Source: Vicinamibacterales bacterium
GTDB taxonomy: Bacteria > Acidobacteriota > Vicinamibacteria > Vicinamibacterales > UBA8438
Length of the DNA: 64,000 nucleotides
Direction: 5' to 3'
Assembly (NCBI GenBank): GCA_965217045.1
Contig: OZ244228.1
Location: 507,914 to 571,913 of the forward strand
A program made the position numbers and the translations under genes. Every line of letters starts with the position of its first letter. Position 1 is the stretch's first letter. The notes beneath the pieces are model-generated. The model was not told the DNA's origin and did no database searches. It was given only the letters and a program-made list of their open reading frames with translations. This document shows positions 63,317 to 64,000 of the stretch, piece after piece.

Positions 63317-64000
63317 TCAGAAATCGAAGCCGATCCAGAGCGACAGGCGCACGCGCCTGAAATCTTCGCTGCCGCCGATCGAGGCGAAGACGATATCCTC
63401 CCACGGCTTGTTGAACAGCGTCCGCCACGACCAGTCGAGGTGGATCGGGATGCCGATGGCCAGCGTCGACAGGCTGAACCCGTACGACGCGCGGGCGTTC
63501 ACGAGCCGGAATCCATCGATGGCCACGGGCGAGCTGAACACCTCGTTGTACGCGCCCGTGTCGGGGTTCTGGACGTAGCCGACCACCGGCCGTACGATGC
63601 TCGGGCTGCTCGACCACCCGTTGAGCGGCACGTTGTTGAAGCCGGCCATCCCGAAGTTGAAGAAGAACGCGCCGCGGACGCCGCCGAGTATCCCGATCGG
63701 CGTTGCCATCGCCTCGATGAGCGGGAAGCGAAGCTCCATGTTGCCGAAGAACGACTGGTGCCCGAGAAACTCGAGATAGTCGTATCCCCGCATGTCGGAG
63801 TTGCCCCCGAAGTAGAAGAAGTCGGGGAACTCGCCCCAGCTCTTGAAGCCCCGGCCGCGGAATGCGAGCACGCCTGTCTCGGCGATGCGCAGGTAGTAGC
63901 GGGCGTCGATGTCCAGGGTCTGCCGCGACAGCAGGCCGGCGAGCGGCGGCGCGTACTCGTACGCGACGCGGACCGTGTTGCCGGCAATCGGGCCGAATTC
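63317..64000 (-). CDS. BamA/TamA-like outer-membrane beta-barrel C-terminus (continues beyond the window)
   Basis: MRGYDY loop motif, ELRFPL, terminal aromatic ..WIGFDF. Confidence 0.75.
   Translation of the reverse strand, partial: EFGPIAGNTVRVAYEYAPPLAGLLSRQTLDIDARYYLRIAETGVLAFRGRGFKSWGEFPDFFYFGGNSDMRGYDYLEFLGHQSFFGNMELRFPLIEAMATPIGILGGVRGAFFFNFGMAGFNNVPLNGWSSSPSIVRPVVGYVQNPDTGAYNEVFSSPVAIDGFRLVNARASYGFSLSTLAIGIPIHLDWSWRTLFNKPWEDIVFASIGGSEDFRRVRLSLWIGFDF

Overview
High-GC bacterial window; the gene families suggest Acidobacteriota (Vicinamibacteria-like), which is inference only. It has two halves. Positions 1-35 kb are a mobile-element graveyard containing ISAzo13, IS66, IS21, IS3, IS5/IS1182, IS6 and IS1634 elements, several group II introns, and decayed AbiE and type I R-M defence genes. 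Positions 35-64 kb are mostly ordinary housekeeping and metabolic genes: M14 peptidase, nucleoside transporter, mtnA, tsaD, folE, korAB, lpdA, lipA, ferredoxin-nuoB-nuoI and a BamA-like gene. The standout is a set of hyperparasites that target conserved motifs of group II introns. (i) A minimal 2.25 kb large-serine-recombinase element integrates at the RT motif PQG..I^SP of two different intron RT genes; its ends rebuild a near-perfect palindromic attP that lies inside its own recombinase ORF. (ii) One group II intron has EBS1/EBS2 complementary to Y-A-D-D codons and sits one base after (Y/F)ADD in both of those RTs. (iii) Another intron has an EBS1 matching catalytic domain V and is inserted there. 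Scattered indels, even in core genes, and two odd tandem duplications suggest long-read consensus errors, so pseudogene calls are provisional. No CRISPR, rRNA or tRNA was found.
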